Source of the DNA: Octopus sinensis
Lineage: Eukaryota
Direction of reading: 5' to 3'
NCBI RefSeq assembly: GCF_006345805.1
Contig: NC_043004.1
Span: forward strand, 66,650,001 to 66,714,000
Length of the DNA stretch: 64,000 nt
Shown here: one piece after another, positions 24,878 through 39,142 of the stretch
Position numbering within the stretch: position 1 is the first letter of the stretch
Layout of the letters: each line of letters opens with the position of its first letter
Notes under the pieces: generated by a model
What the model was told of the DNA's origin: nothing
The model's input: the letters and a program-made list of their open reading frames with translations, nothing else
Databases searched by the model: none
Position numbers and translations under genes: made by a program

Positions 24878-27054
24878 GGAATGGTATAAGCGTGTGTTTT
24901 ATTTGACACCCAGCGAGGTCTTCTTAACAGTTACTGAAATCTGAAAAACCGAGCGCTGTATTTTACACAGAAAACAGTAGATAAGCGTTGCAATTGTTTC
25001 TCTCTACTTTCTGAAAGAAGTCGTTAACATATCTTGGGATCAACTTCTCATGCACTCTGCTTGAGTCTTCCATATAGAAATTTCAACCTGAAACTGCTAC
25101 ATTCACTTATGTAAAATTTGTGCTTATACAGTACATGTTATTAAATGCCATATAAACATAAGAATGCGTCTAATTCAGAAGTGCAGGCAATGCACACAAT
25201 TGGTTTCTGTGTTACAATTGAGACATCCAACACCGGTGATTCAACAACTTTATTGCGGCGAAATTCCACTTACTTAGGTAACCCCTTAACTAAGTAATAC
25301 GTAAAGAAGTTAATGGAAATACACAATCAGTACGGTCGAAGACGTACTTTTTAGTATTACGGTAATATACTCTACATCACGTGTAAGACACATGCTATAT
25401 TACTTTAAAGACTAGACAAGTTTCTTCTGTTATATTAGAAAGACAATAATGAATAATTGTTAGTCCTAGATTGGAATACCTCAACCATACAATCAATTAG
25501 GCGTATTATATGTTCGTAGATATATCGATTCGTTGATAGTACAAACAACTGACAATTTATCAAAAATAAAGCTCTGGACGTGAGCCCACCAAAGAGACGT
25601 TTGAATCTGAAACTACTACAGACAGTGATATGAAATTCACGCTAATACACTAAGTATTCCGACGGCAAGATCTTAAGATAGGTCGAATCATATGTGGAGT
25701 AATATATACAGAGGTAATGTAGATAAATATGAAATAGTAGTGTTAAGTAACAGACCTTTCTGTGGCGGTTAAATGCTGCACCTAAATTGTATTAATGAAA
25801 TTACAAAAGATAAACAACGAAGAAAAAGCTTTATATGGAATTGTTTACGAAAAGAATCTGGAGATTTGACAACAGCTCAAATTGGCTAGAAATAGTACAA
25901 GGAAAATTTATCATTATTGCATTGTCTTACTCTATTAAAGTTCGTTACAAACGAAATGATATTGACTGCCAACTTCATCGAGATATAAATATTAAAAGAT
26001 TATAAAAAAAATGAATTAAACGGTTTGTATTTAGCATAGGATGGGTAGGACAATAAAGAGATACTTAATTTGTTTGTAGAATTACATTTATATTATTTTG
26101 TTTCATAATACAAAATTGTGCATTTTTGAAATAATACAGTTTATGGGAGTGTCGCGTATATGAATACATATTTTAGCTTTATGTAAATATAATATGTAAA
26201 AGTGTATACCTTTTAGAGTATTTTTCCCAAAATTCCATCGTAGGTCATCTGAAATCACCCTCCGTGTCACTGTTGCTATCCGTGGTGTAGCTTTTCAAGC
26301 ATTGGAGCATCTTGAGATGGCGAGAACACTTTACACTCGATAGGTGAAAAAATACATAATTCTAAGACCCGAATCATGATGCAACACAACTACACCGATA
26401 AAAGTTCTCAGATCTTACTCATGATCTTTAACTGGGTCCCATATATTTCCTGTCCCATCAGATCCTACATACTACCTCTCTATAAATTATCTCCAATATT
26501 TTTCGTCGACTATTTTCCTACCATATTTACAACTATTTAGGAAATCGAAGACAACTTTAAACGACAATTTTCTACGCAGTCATTCAAGAATATATATTAT
26601 GAAGTTTTTCTATTTTATTTTGAATTAGTACGTATTGTTACATGCATGACCTTGCTACTGATATAAGTTTCTACTTATTTAAGTTACTATTACATCAACA
26701 TTGTATACAGGACGTGTATTTCATTGAATAAACTTTGGCTAATATTATAGTTTAAATATAACTGTGTATATGACCAGACAAAATATATCCTCTAGCCAGT
26801 CATATAGGAGGAGATGTAGACTCTGAAGTCCACTTATAATAATGGAAAGTACTTGATGTAAGTACTAAAAATGTAAGCGCTAAAAATAAAGTAAAGCAAA
26901 AATTAAAATTTCGGATATTTCCAGCGATGACTGAAAGCCTATGTCTTCTGTAAGACGTTGATCGTTAAAATATATGGATACATATTCGGGAAATTATTTG
27001 TCTACAGAAACATAATAAGCTTTTGGTTTGTTGGAAATCAGATGCTTTAGAGAA

Positions 27055-27853
27055 GAATCTTCACTCGATGGAATGGTTCAGAAGTACGGAGCAAAGGTTG
27101 CGCATGGTTTAAGTTGATTTCAAAAATCAACGAGCCACAATCCCCGCTGGTTTTCTTGCTCGTCACCGCTCAACTCATGGACACAAGCAACGATTTCTTT
27201 ACCGAATCCTTACTGGCGACGAAAAATGGTGCCAGCACATCAATATGAAGCGGCGTAAGGAATGGCTAAGACCCAGTAAACAGCGACACCGCGCGTGAAG
27301 CAAGATCTTCATCCGATGTTGTGCTTGTGGTGGGATTGGGAAGAGATTACCGATTACGGATTTCTTGAACGGAACCAAACGGTCAACGCGGAACGCTATG
27401 TTCAACAGGTGGAACGACTCAAAACGGCTATTCAAGAGAAAAGACCTAATCGTTGGCATGGAGTTCTACTGCTGCACAACAGCACCCGCCCTCATATCGC
27501 CAATATGACCGAGGAAGCCATTCAAATACATGGTTGAGAAGTGTTTCCACACCCACCATACTCTCCTGATTTGGTACCAACGGATTTCCACCTTTTTCGA
27601 TCTCATTCAAATGCTATGCTTGGAGCGTCGTTCACTGCTGATGCAGAATTGAGAGTTTGGCTGGATGAATTTTTCGAGTCGAAATCGGGTGATTTCTACC
27701 AACGAGATATATAAAATCTTGTTGAACGATGGGAAAAAGTTGTAAACACCAAGTGTGAATACATTATGGATTAATTAGTCGTTATGTTTTATTAAACCTT
27801 TCAAAAATTTTGAATTGAAAAAGAACGGCGGGACCGTATTTGCCAACCCAATA
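27055..27853 (+). pseudogene. 5'-truncated mariner with decayed DD34D transposase
   Basis: FLYRILTGDEKW, CLWWDW, LLHNSTRPH, HPPYSPDLVPTDFHLFRS; 3' TIR ends ccaacccaata; contains frameshifts and stops. Confidence 0.9.
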
Positions 27854-30185
27854 TATTAACTTTGGATCATATTATTTCAGGATTTTGCACGGCAGCAAGT
27901 ATGTCAAGATTCTGATATTGGTAAAATACCTTATATTTAGGGAGAGAGATATATTAGGCAGTCGTCAACCTCTAGGGAGCGTGGACCTGCACCCGAAGAA
28001 ATTTTGTCCGTTGCTGATGGTGGTGCAGCGTCTAGTGTGTCTTTAGAGGCCCACACGTGAGTGACAGTCACGCAAACAGCGACTGTGTTTGAAGGAGCTC
28101 CCTACCGACACTTCTGGATTTTCTTTTCGTCGAGTGCGCTTTTGTTTGATAGCAAAGAGTATTCGACCGTAATTGTGGCTCATATCATTTCAAGATTTAG
28201 AACAGAGACAAATATGTAACATTTTCTATATTGGCAAAATAGCATATATTTAGGGAGATAGATATAAGCAACATAATATTTTTCAAAAAACTTATTTCCT
28301 TGGCGGAATAGGTAGTAATGTTTTTGAGGTATTAGTGTCGTTCCCACATAATACTCAACTAATGTTTTAACAAGGGATAGTATTTTCCCAAAGATCTAAT
28401 TATTGACAGTAAATTACATCTACTTGAATGTATTTATTAATACTTACTTTTCTAATTTATTTTCGGCAACATAATAAATACTGTGGCAGGAGAGGCTGGG
28501 GCATTAGAATGCAGTAAACTTTTTATCAAATTGTTGGTATGCTAACCTCTGTATACTGTATTAATGTATTTTAATGCTTGCTATTTCAGATAAAACTTTT
28601 CCTAGAATGGACCAATAAGTCAAAATATTCAGTTTTGATCGAAACTAAAGTACCATGGAACTGCAGAATAAAATTATTATCACAGAAATTTAGGGACGCT
28701 TATTTTAACCTATATGAATATATTGCGTTGAGAAAATTTGAATAGAGCAATTTTTGCTTAATGAAGATGTTAAGGAAAATTTTAGTAGTCACGAACATAA
28801 CGCCTGTCCATGCAAGATAAACAGAATGTTTATGAATGAAGGTGAAATATTTCGGTGGATAGCGTGATCAGAATGCTGAATTGGAAATTTAAGTAAACAC
28901 GCAATGTGTGAGAACTGTGAAAAGAATTCGCCAGAGGTAACCGAATGCCATAAAATTTGGATTTTGATCTCTATGACTGAAGAACAATTTCCTGATGCTT
29001 TCATTACTAACCTTTGTATTTGCCTAGAAGCATATCCAAATGAATTCCCCAATTTCGAATTGATTCAATACACCTTACACCCCTTGCAAACTACGTATTT
29101 CGGATGAGAGATAAATGTATATTTATGCTGTCAAAAGAAATTTACTACGACAATACAGGAAGATACAGCTCCATATTCGAATATCTAACATATTTCCTTC
29201 ACAATAAGAAGCTTTTAACTTCATATCAGACATATATGTTTTGTGTGTAGGTATGAGTATGTGTCTGAGTGAGTGTGCGCATGTAGGTGCGTGAGAGATA
29301 GGGAGAGTGCGTGTCTGGGCGAAATACTTCAATGCAAAAAAAGGGGGGAAATGGAGACACAAACTATCTCGTAAAAGCAATCAATTTGTGCTCATATTTT
29401 ATATTTACTATTGTGCAAATGTGGGCGAGGTCTCTTTAATTGAAAAATTGCTAATATCAACCTAAGATGATTTGTCGGGAGCACAACACTCAACAAATCT
29501 CAGCAGGTGTTAGACTTTATCAATTGACATACTAATAGATACTGCTAAGATTAAACTATTTTCAATAAATACATAATTGTACATGCACAGAAATATGAGA
29601 AATGTGTAGAATGGCAAAACCTTTAAGAACCATATATATGTGTGGGTGTATATAGATATGCATATGTTTATTGAGATGCCTGTGTGGGTGTTTGCATGAG
29701 CAAAATATTACATATATACTTTTTTAGAGAACGATAGGTTCATAGATTGAGAGGCAAAAGCACAAAAGTTAAACGTGGTGGAAAAAGCGTAGAAAATTAA
29801 TATGAAGTAATAACTATCAATCAATATCGATATGTGTATGACTTTGTGTTTACTTGTCTGTGTTCGTGAATTTCTGTAAGAGTGTCTGTATGTTTGTGGG
29901 TTTGTGCTTGTGTGTGTGTGTGTGTACTTGTGTGCCTGTGTTCAGGTATATATGCTGGTAGTTTTATAGATAGCTATATAGATAGATGGATAGGATGGTA
30001 GATGAATACATAAATACACAGTGGAATAAATATATTTCATACATCGCCTATTTTTCAACTCTTGTGCTTTGAAGTGTACAATATATCATATCTTTCTAAT
30101 TTGTTCTACTGATGCAATCATTCTCCATCTACATAAGCACTTACATACTTCCATACCTATATTAGTGTATGCCTATACATATATA

Positions 30186-30219
<34 letters not shown>

Positions 30220-31837
30220 CATATGTATATATATACATACACACACACACACATATATGCGTATGTGTGTGTGTGTGGGTGTGAGTGTGTGTGTGTGTGT
30301 GTGTGTAGGTGCTTGGCTGCATGTGCGTGAGAGAGAGACTTGTTAACTTTTGTATAAAAGAAAGTTTTCCAAGCGTAATTGCTGAAACTAATGAATCGGC
30401 GAAAAAACGAAATTTGATCAGGAGATTTTGAAAGAATTTAATGAATCCTGAAGTCATTTACTAAGTTCTGCAATTTGAAAATTATTTCAATATTAATTTT
30501 CAACATACGAAAAGACAAATTGTTGCAATTAATATTACGTAATTAAATGATTATCTTGGGGCGTCAAGTGTAATTATCTTTCTATATATATAATTTCGTT
30601 TACCATTCATTTCTGCACTGACAAAATCACTCTACGAAATATAAAGTTTAGGTGGTACTTGACAGATGAAAATAAAAAAAATACATTTCTAGTTACGTAC
30701 ATATCTACAGTAGTTCAAATGAATTTAAAAGTATATACGAGAATTTGTAATTTTGTAAGTTTTTTCTTAAGTCATATAATTTGCTGAGGTCATAAGAATA
30801 TTAACTGGACAGCGTATAAAGGTGATAGAATCAAGCTGTGAATATAAATAGTTATTATTTCAATAAACATCCACTTTATGGAGTTGTGATTAATGGAGAT
30901 AATTCAATCACTGTTTCAATATTAAATTTCGTCGTTCCAGTTGCTGTTGTGGTTGTTGATGTTGCTCCTACAGCTGCTACTTGTGCAGCTGCTGCTTAGC
31001 CCGATGTCAACCCTGAGAAGTAAGAATTTTATTAAAATCGATAATTTCGTTCTATGTTGCCTTTACTTGTTGTGCATATATCTACTTTGTTAATGTCTGC
31101 TATTTCATGTGCTTTCGTTTTATTTTTTTGGAGAGTAAGTAGCAACATAACTCTCTAATTTGGCTCGCAAAATAAACATAAATGCAATTTTAGACCCGTA
31201 TACGACTCCCTAGATTTTATATCAATTTCTTCTTTTGAGACATATATTAAAGCGGATCATATTTAACCACTATTCATACAAGAGAATATTCTACTTTTTA
31301 AATTTGCCTTTCAAAACTAAGTCAGTGCTAGGATACCGTCTTGAAGTTATTTTATCTAATAAATAGGCCCCAGTAGTTAATTTCTAAATACCTGGTGCTT
31401 CATTTTCCAATCCCCACATAATCGCTAACATTATGGCAAAGTAAATAATAGAACTCCAGTTGTCAAGCGATGTGTCCAAAAAGATGCTGAAATACAGATA
31501 CCCTCACACACAAAGCTGTAGCGCACATTGGGAGTGGACCCCACAACGAGCTTCTTAATTAATACAGCTACATCATATCTTCGCCTATAATCATATTAAA
31601 CAATTTTATTTTGTACTTCACATATTATTTCCAAGAAGTTAGGCTAATATTACGATTGCGTAGAGGTTCCTCTTTTGGTAGGTAGTTAATGATATTACTG
31701 AGAATGTAGCTGTTTTGTCACTATGAGCTCTAATTGAAAAGTTTTATAGAACGCAGATTATCTCCGAATGACACGTTAAACTCATATTCCTGTACCAAAT
31801 TATACTATATCTGTTCTATTTATCCGTCTATCTATCG

Positions 31838-32150
31838 AGGAGACACATGACCTAGTGGTTAGAGCAGTGGACTCGCGGTCGAGGGATCGTGGGTTCGAAA
31901 CTCAGACCAGGCGATGTGTGTGTTTATGAGCGAAACACCTAAGCTCCACGCGGCTCCAGCAGAAGGTAATGGCGAACTTCGGCTGACTCTTTCGCCACAA
32001 CTTTCTCTCACTCTTTCCTCCCGCATCGTGCAGCTCAGCTGCGACGGACCGGAGTCCCGTCCAGGTGGGGAACCAGTACGCCAAGGAAACCGAGAAACCG
32101 GCCCTAATGAGACAGGCGTGGCTCGAGAAGGAATAAACAAAAACAAACAA
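31838..32150 (+). mobile_element. SINE family C, tail type 2
   Basis: Same head and body as 24071; different tail (gagtcccgtccaggtgggg...ctcgagaaggaataaacaa). Confidence 0.85.
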
Positions 32151-32762
32151 CTGTTTACTCCAGTAGGTAGTGATGAAACAGCTGGCGCTTGCTAGTCATG
32201 TCCTGCACAGTCAACTTTCATATACTCATGTTCGTCTGGGAATTCTATTAATAACATACAGGAAAATAGAACAAATTCGTGAATGCATTACAATTGTTCT
32301 TTATCTGCTCTAGTTAGTGCTTGGAAACAGAGTACTGTGCTTGTGGTTATTGTGTCTGTTGACATTGCAATTATTTATACGTACTTGTTTATAATTGAAA
32401 TGATCATTTTCTTAAAAGTTATTCGCGTAGTATTCTAAACTGCTGTATATATGGTAGAAAAGTGTAGTGTTTATTTCCATATATCCTCAATATGCATTTT
32501 CGAAGCGTGTGGACGTGACTTGTATTAGACCTAATTGCTAAGACATTGTTACATGATATCCGATTAAGAGATTTCGGTTCTTTTGTCTCTATCAACTAGA
32601 GACACTGTTAACAGCAGAGAATGTATTCTTTTACTTCAAGAGCACTAGTTTAAGACATGATATACCATGGAAATATCTTTAGTAATTATAATATTTCTCC
32701 TAGCCTGAAGAAGCCCTACAAATCAAGCTTATAGGAAACACATAGATTGTCAGCCTAACATA

Positions 32763-33282
32763 TACCGTAAACCCTCGAGTATAGTCCGCCCTTGAGTATA
32801 ATACGCAGGGGATTTTTAGGAGGCTGTACTTCAGAAAAACCTAAACCTTGTGTATAATACGCACCCCTTCTTTAACTTGTGTCGTGCGTAATTACGCCAG
32901 CAGCCCCTAATCGAAGAAACACTTCCGCGTATGCGTAATACAATAATGGTGATGTTCTTAACTGTTATATAGGAATGAAAATACGTTTGCAAATCGTTTT
33001 TGTTACACGTGTGTTCCGAATATTTTTATTTTAATAAATGTTGTTTACTGCAAGTTATAGATGATTCTTTTATGATTTTTTTGCTTTCAGGTTTAGTTGA
33101 AGGTATTTTCGCGCTCGACATCACAAAATGCGTCTGAATAAACATTGCCGGACAGCAAATAAAGACTCGCACATTTCATAGAAAATATTTTTCATTTTTT
33201 ACCTCGTAGATATTACGCACTAGGGATTTTGATCTTTAAATTTTGCGGAAAAAATGCGGATTATACTCGAGGATTGACGGTA
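32763..33282. mobile_element. pogo/Tigger-like MITE
   Basis: TIRs taccgtaaaccctcgagtatagtccgc / gcggattatactcgaggattgacggta with TA ends; subterminal tataatacgca repeats. Confidence 0.85.
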
Positions 33283-34187
33283 GTCATAATGAATAGGCCT
33301 AATTGTCAACAATAGTGTGCCTTCTTTTTTGTAGATTGCAAGACTTCACACAAGTACCTGTGTGATATCAATCCTTATATATGTGATGAAAATATGGCCG
33401 TATTAGATTTTAGATGCTTTCCACACTATGTACTGTTTATATAGCTATGTTGCTCCTAGTCCTTTGTAATGGTGAAGGAAAGCGGAATGGATACGTGATA
33501 TCTGCAGTTATTCTATAATTATATTTGACACCGTGCACCGAAGTAATATTATTAAGGTTTAATAAGATGTTATTGTTGTTTACTCCGAATACGGCCTTAA
33601 TTCTCTAGACATGTGATGAAAAACGTTGAAGCTATGTCCAAACTGTCTTCATTCACTCCAGATAGTGTGCATCCATTGCGACATTATCGAATGTTTCAAT
33701 TCCCTTATGTGACACAGACATATTATTTCTAGGATGTTTGGCAAATATTTCAAGTAAATACAACAATTGCGTAGAAGCTCCTCTTGTGGTAGGTAGTTAA
33801 TGAGGTTACTGAGAATGTCGCTCTATTGTCACTATGAGCTTGAATATATTTCACTGTGCGATGCACTATGTGCAGTTGATACAGTATGTGTTGATAAATC
33901 TCATCATTTGCTGGTAATTGCAAGTATATGAGTATAAAAACTTTTAAGAAAAAAATTTAGATATGTTTGGGACAAAAAGTGATACAAGTAATGTCTAGAT
34001 TAATAGGAGCAACTGGTGTGTTCAGCTATTGTTAAGTGATTTTAACCACGTTTTTTAATATCGTGGCCCATTCAAATAGGAAATGATCCATTGAAGTAGG
34101 TAGTATGAATAAGACTTCTATAATAAGGATAGAAGCGATAGAGAAAGTTTATGTGATGTACGTGTGTGCGCATCATATAAGTTAAAC

Positions 34188-34500
34188 CAGTGGTTTCCAA
34201 AGTGGGCGATACGGTTTCATACCCCTGAAAGCGATGGAAAAATTCATGAGATGTGTTTCAACACATCTCGAAATGTGTAGCGATAATGGAGTGATGATAG
34301 AATAGCGAAAAGGGAGCGATGGATGTAACGCTAAACTCAATAATGAGCCAATTAAGTTAAATTTTATTTGCGAATACTATTGCTTTGAATTTGCTACAGA
34401 AAATGGCCTACGATTGTAGTGGGTGTAGGGACACTATGGGACAATGAATGTGGCCCGGGTGCCCAGGGAGAAGCAGCGCGAAAAATATTTGAAATCATAG
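34188..34500. mobile_element. Degenerate hAT-type MITE
   Basis: CAGTGGTTTCCAAAGTG left TIR; right end decayed (aaaatatttgaaatcatag). Confidence 0.45.
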
Positions 34501-34780
34501 AGCGAAGCGAATCGTTATGAAATTCTGGGCTATGAAGAGGATGCAATAAGTTCATAGTCAGAAGCATATTACATGTACTTAATAGAGATGCATAAAGCGT
34601 TTATATATTCCATCCAAGAATTATTACTATCATTACTATAGTTATCCTACATGATATCGCTACAGTTTGATGCAACTCCCAAAAACGGGTTCGCCGGTCA
34701 GCATCTTTAGACTGTGGCCGGTATAATGGAATAGGAGTTTATTTGTATATTCAAAACGCTTCTCGTATACAAATGAATAT

Positions 34781-34820
<40 letters not shown>

Positions 34821-35344
34821 GGGAAACATACGTGACTTACATCCACAATGAACATTACCATCTCACTATTTTCCTTTTTTACGTACACAGACACACACAT
34901 ATACATGCAGACATGGAACCAAAAGGTAAATCTAGACACTGTGCACTTTCTGTTATTAAACACAAGATAAGTGTTTATATTACTCATCATAAAAACAAAA
35001 CACGATAGTAAAATACTTTACGTATAACTTTGCATACAGAGATAAAAAGACAAACGAAAGAAATTTTAATGATCGTATTAATGTAAGTTCATTAATATAT
35101 AAGTAAAGGCTAATAGGAGTGTACGATAAAAGAATTACAGATGAAAGAATAGGTACGTTTTCAGTAACGGACCATTTTTTTTAAACCTAGCAATGAGAAA
35201 AAATGATAACGATGATATCAAACACTAATTGGGTTGGCATAATATCAATATCATGAAAATCAACTAATTGAAGTAGAGCACACTGGAAGAATTTGAGAAA
35301 TACAGTGTTCGATTCTATGTTAAGGCTTGATGGCCAATTTCACA

Positions 35345-35476
35345 TCACAAAATAGGGACAACGGTTACTTGTCTGAGAAAAAAGGGATCCGCGAGGTGGA
35401 GTCACTGTTGCAGCGAGTGTTGCTGTTCATCCTCCGCGGCAACGTCATCGGGGTATTCAATGCGGGGAGCGGTTGA
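35345..35476 (+). pseudogene. Possible C-terminus of a CRE/R2-superfamily non-LTR ORF
   Basis: DPR (frameshift) ESLLQRVLLFILRGNVIGV has the QR-x6-RGN spacing of the terminal motif QRLSxAIQRGNA. Confidence 0.35.
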
Positions 35477-36026
35477 GTACACTATTTCTTTTGTGTTCTA
35501 TGTCCTATCTCTCCTCCCTGTCTCCTTTCCGCTGTTTAAAACATTTTAGTTATGTTTTTCACTATACTAAACTGTAAAACCTGCCGCCACATCACGTAAA
35601 GCCAGTCGACACACATCACTGTAAAACCAGTGAAGGTTACTATTAGTTTAACACCAGGGAGATTCTCTGCCAGCTAGATATCGGTACAAATCTGCATCCT
35701 TTATGTTTGTACTTAACTTGTATGACTACTGTCGGTTGTCACTCGTGATGTAAATTCATTCTGTGTTCGCTTCTCTGGATGGCAATATTATCTGGGATGC
35801 ATATTTGCAATAATTATAAAGATAAAGAATAAGGAGACTTGTTCATCAACTAAATTTATTTCCTCTCAATTTAGAATTTCTGCTAAGATATATATATAAT
35901 ATATATATTGTTATATTTCGGAATGGTCATTTTGCCAGTTTAGCCAATAAAAACATACGCACTATATATTTGGTGTTACTTTGCTTCAGTGTTATTTATT
36001 TTTTACATTAATCTTAATCTTATTTC

Positions 36027-36071
36027 GGCCAGAGTTCTTTCGTCACACTCCTGTGACTGCATCAGTGGTCC
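36027..36071 (-). ncRNA. Minimal hammerhead motif with core substitution
   Basis: ggacca CUGAUGc a gucac-aggagu-gugac GAAA g-aa-c UC / uggcc. Confidence 0.6.
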
Positions 36072-36403
36072 TTTGTTTTCTTCTCAATTATTTGTGTCTC
36101 TCCTTACTAACCGTCAGCCATTTTTTTATTTCTATTGTATGTCTTCATTTGCGCATGCTTATATCTCTATGTGCGTTTATGTTTATTTAGTGTGTGTATG
36201 TGGGGGATGCCTGTTATATTTGTATCTTCTGTTTATATATGTTCATGTAATTTGTATTTTGTATTTTGTTTTTTGTGTTTGTTGTTTTTGTTTATTCTTA
36301 TTTTGTTCATGGGTTTAGATCCACCCTTATTATCATTACATATGCTTGTATGTATGTATAACAACAATGCTAGTAATAAAAATAATAAATTGAATCGAAA
36401 AAA

Positions 36404-36464
<61 letters not shown>

Positions 36465-36561
36465 CTATATATATATATATATATATATACATATACACAC
36501 ATATATATATATAGTTATTTATTTATCTGCGTATTTATTATGTTTTCAGGATCCTCTATCA

Positions 36562-36714
36562 TCATATGTTGTGGTGTGTGTTAGTGCTCCATTCTAGTTT
36601 TCTATTCAGGCTAGGTTTATTTTCTATTATGTGTGTAGCTTCTGTAATTTGTATAATTGTTGCATCTGATCTATGTGTGGATAATATTTTAATTTCAATG
36701 TTATTGATTGATCC
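36562..36714 (-). pseudogene. Penelope GIY-YIG endonuclease C-terminal fragment
   Basis: NNIEIKILSTHRSDATIIQITEATHIIENKPSLNRKLE* region fits the EAxxIxxxKPxLN motif. Confidence 0.8.
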
Positions 36715-36905
36715 CCGAAATAAGATTAATATTAAGATTAATGTAAAAAACAAATAACACTGAAGCAAAGTAACACCAAATATATAGTGCGTGTGTTTTT
36801 ATTGGCTAAACTGGCAAAATGACCATTCCGAAATATAACAATATCTGTTTCAACACACGACTTCACATAAAAAATCTTGCACAACAAATATTTAAACGTA
36901 TATAT

Positions 36906-36947
<42 letters not shown>

Positions 36948-36957
36948 ATATATATAG

Positions 36958-37016
<59 letters not shown>

Positions 37017-39142
37017 CATACATATACACGCACTCATGTATTTATATATATATATATATATATATATACGTTATATGCATGTATGTATGTGCCTGAGTGT
37101 GTATGCATATTTACATACATACATACATATATATACATACATACGTACATTTAGACAGTAATATAAATGATGATGTGGCTAATACACTTTATAAAAGAGG
37201 CTACGACCACTCTAATAGTATAAGGGTAATTTCTAAGTTTATCAGAAGTCTTTCATAATTTCTCTGCAGGAATATTAGTTTCTGTTGACGGTAATTGAAT
37301 AGTTCACAGTTTTATCGAACTCGAATTATTGTAGTGGGACGCAAAGTCATAATGTTATTGTCTGTAACTAAATGGCGGACAAAATGTTTTCCAATGCCTT
37401 ATAGTAGATGGCAAACTTCAGCTCCCCTCTTAATATTGAAAATAATGAACAATTATTATGAACGTACAATTTTATGTGAAAACTAATACATTGTAAAGTT
37501 AGTTGCATAAGACAAAATTCTGTTCACGTCTGTAATGAATCTTCAACGAAAATATCTTTCTCATTAGATGTATGTGTGGTTTCAAAAGAAATCGATGATA
37601 CAAATCATTGTTTACTGTCCCCAATCGATCTATGAAACAGTTTATATTTTCGGATGCAATCTAAGTCAAATATAAGGAATTTTGCTTCTGCTTATATACA
37701 TATATATGCTTACGTATGTGTCTGTATGTACCTGTGTAAGGCTATATATATATATGAAAATTTAATTAGAGTTTCACCTCAGGCTGGGTTAGTCAAGACT
37801 TAATAGCCCAGCCAAGATTGACATATTTGATGGTCAAATTTTCATATAATATACGTTTATATAAAGGTTTACTCGGAATTGGAAGTATATATCAGATACG
37901 TTTTGCATTTTGTAACAAAAATGTAATATAACAACGTACTTATATTATGACACACACGCACACATAGCCACAGATACACGCACTTTTATGATATATATGT
38001 TCCTGTGTGTGTGTGTGTGTGTGTCGATGTATGTGTAGATGTTTGTGTGCGATTATGTGTGCACTTATTTGTATATGTAAAAGTGATAGATTTGTAGGTT
38101 CTGTTTCATTTACTACACTACTTGGTGGTTTGAACTATTAAATATTTTTTGCTTATCTTTACAAGGAAAATCATAAATATACCTGAACTCATTCACCAGC
38201 CATTTTCTAGAAAAGTATTCTGTGCCAACTAAGACCTGGAACCAAAACAATAACTATATACATATATGTGATAAATAAATATCTATGATATACTTTACCT
38301 ATTACAAGTTGGCGATGATAATAATTAGGTGGAGAAAGAGAAAAAGTAAAATAATAATGATTTCTCCTTCGTTGTCCGCAAAATTACTAACATTGAGAAA
38401 ATATATGACTCTATTGTCTTACTCTACACTGTTTTATTTATTCATACTGTTTCAGCAAGCATAACATTTATTGCTTTATTTTGTACGTTGAATATATCAA
38501 AAATACATCGAAGCCGTTGTAATACTATCCTGATTTCTTTTGGATCCAAAACCTGTTCAGCAAGGCATTAGTATAAAAACGAAACTATGCCACGGTCTTA
38601 TATTTTATGATATTCTCAGGTTATTTACGACATAGGTTCCATTACCGAGACTTATAGCGTTTTTTTTTGTCTTTGTACTTGTTTTTATACTTGTTTTGCA
38701 AGTATAATAAAGCAACATTTGCTGTTACTTCATTCCGCAGATTAAAAATTTTATCCCAACAAACTTTGGAGGTAAAACGTTTTACCTCCATAGGGCAATC
38801 ACAACCGTCAGTTGGGTCTCTTGAATGAACCATTATCATTGATGTCTACCCTTGTAATAAAATATGTGTGATGATTCGCCATGTTTCAGCATCTACCTTC
38901 AGATATCTACAGGAAATTTGCGAATTATGAAAATCTTTACTATTTCAGCTAGACTACACCGCGGCATTTTGAAACTTTTGTGTTCATATACTGCCGGATG
39001 AGACCATGGTAGTCCGTTCTTTTTGGAGCGAAAACATGTATCAATTGTGGGTGATGAGGATGCGGAAGCCCTCGATCTCTACTTCATCTTTTTGAGATTT
39101 GAGATAAACATCTACCGTGATTTATATATGTTGTGGATTCAC

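Larger units (their letters stand above)
31621..33840 (+). repeat. Dispersed ~115-bp direct repeat (31621-31729 and 33719-33840)
   Basis: catattatttc...ttgcgtaga...ggtaggtagttaatga..ttactgagaatgt...tgtcactatgagct at both sites. Confidence 0.85.
35906..36890 (-). mobile_element. 5'-truncated Penelope-like retroelement with inverted pLTR
   Basis: GIY-YIG C-terminus, 3' region with hammerhead motif; 35906-36028 is inverted at 36715-36845. Confidence 0.85.

Noticed and set aside
28180-29110. Possible hAT dimerisation-domain remnant (YPN..FPNF..)
   Set aside because: Motif match too weak and no TIRs found.
38642-38850. 65-aa minus ORF and nearby VDINDN (cadherin-like) peptide
   Set aside because: Stops close to DINDN, no convincing splice sites, no other cadherin motifs.
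38875-38920. Minus-strand ctgaaggtagatgctgaaacatg resembling a PLE hammerhead
   Set aside because: A9 is missing, stem II is weak, and there is no cleavage triplet or stem I.
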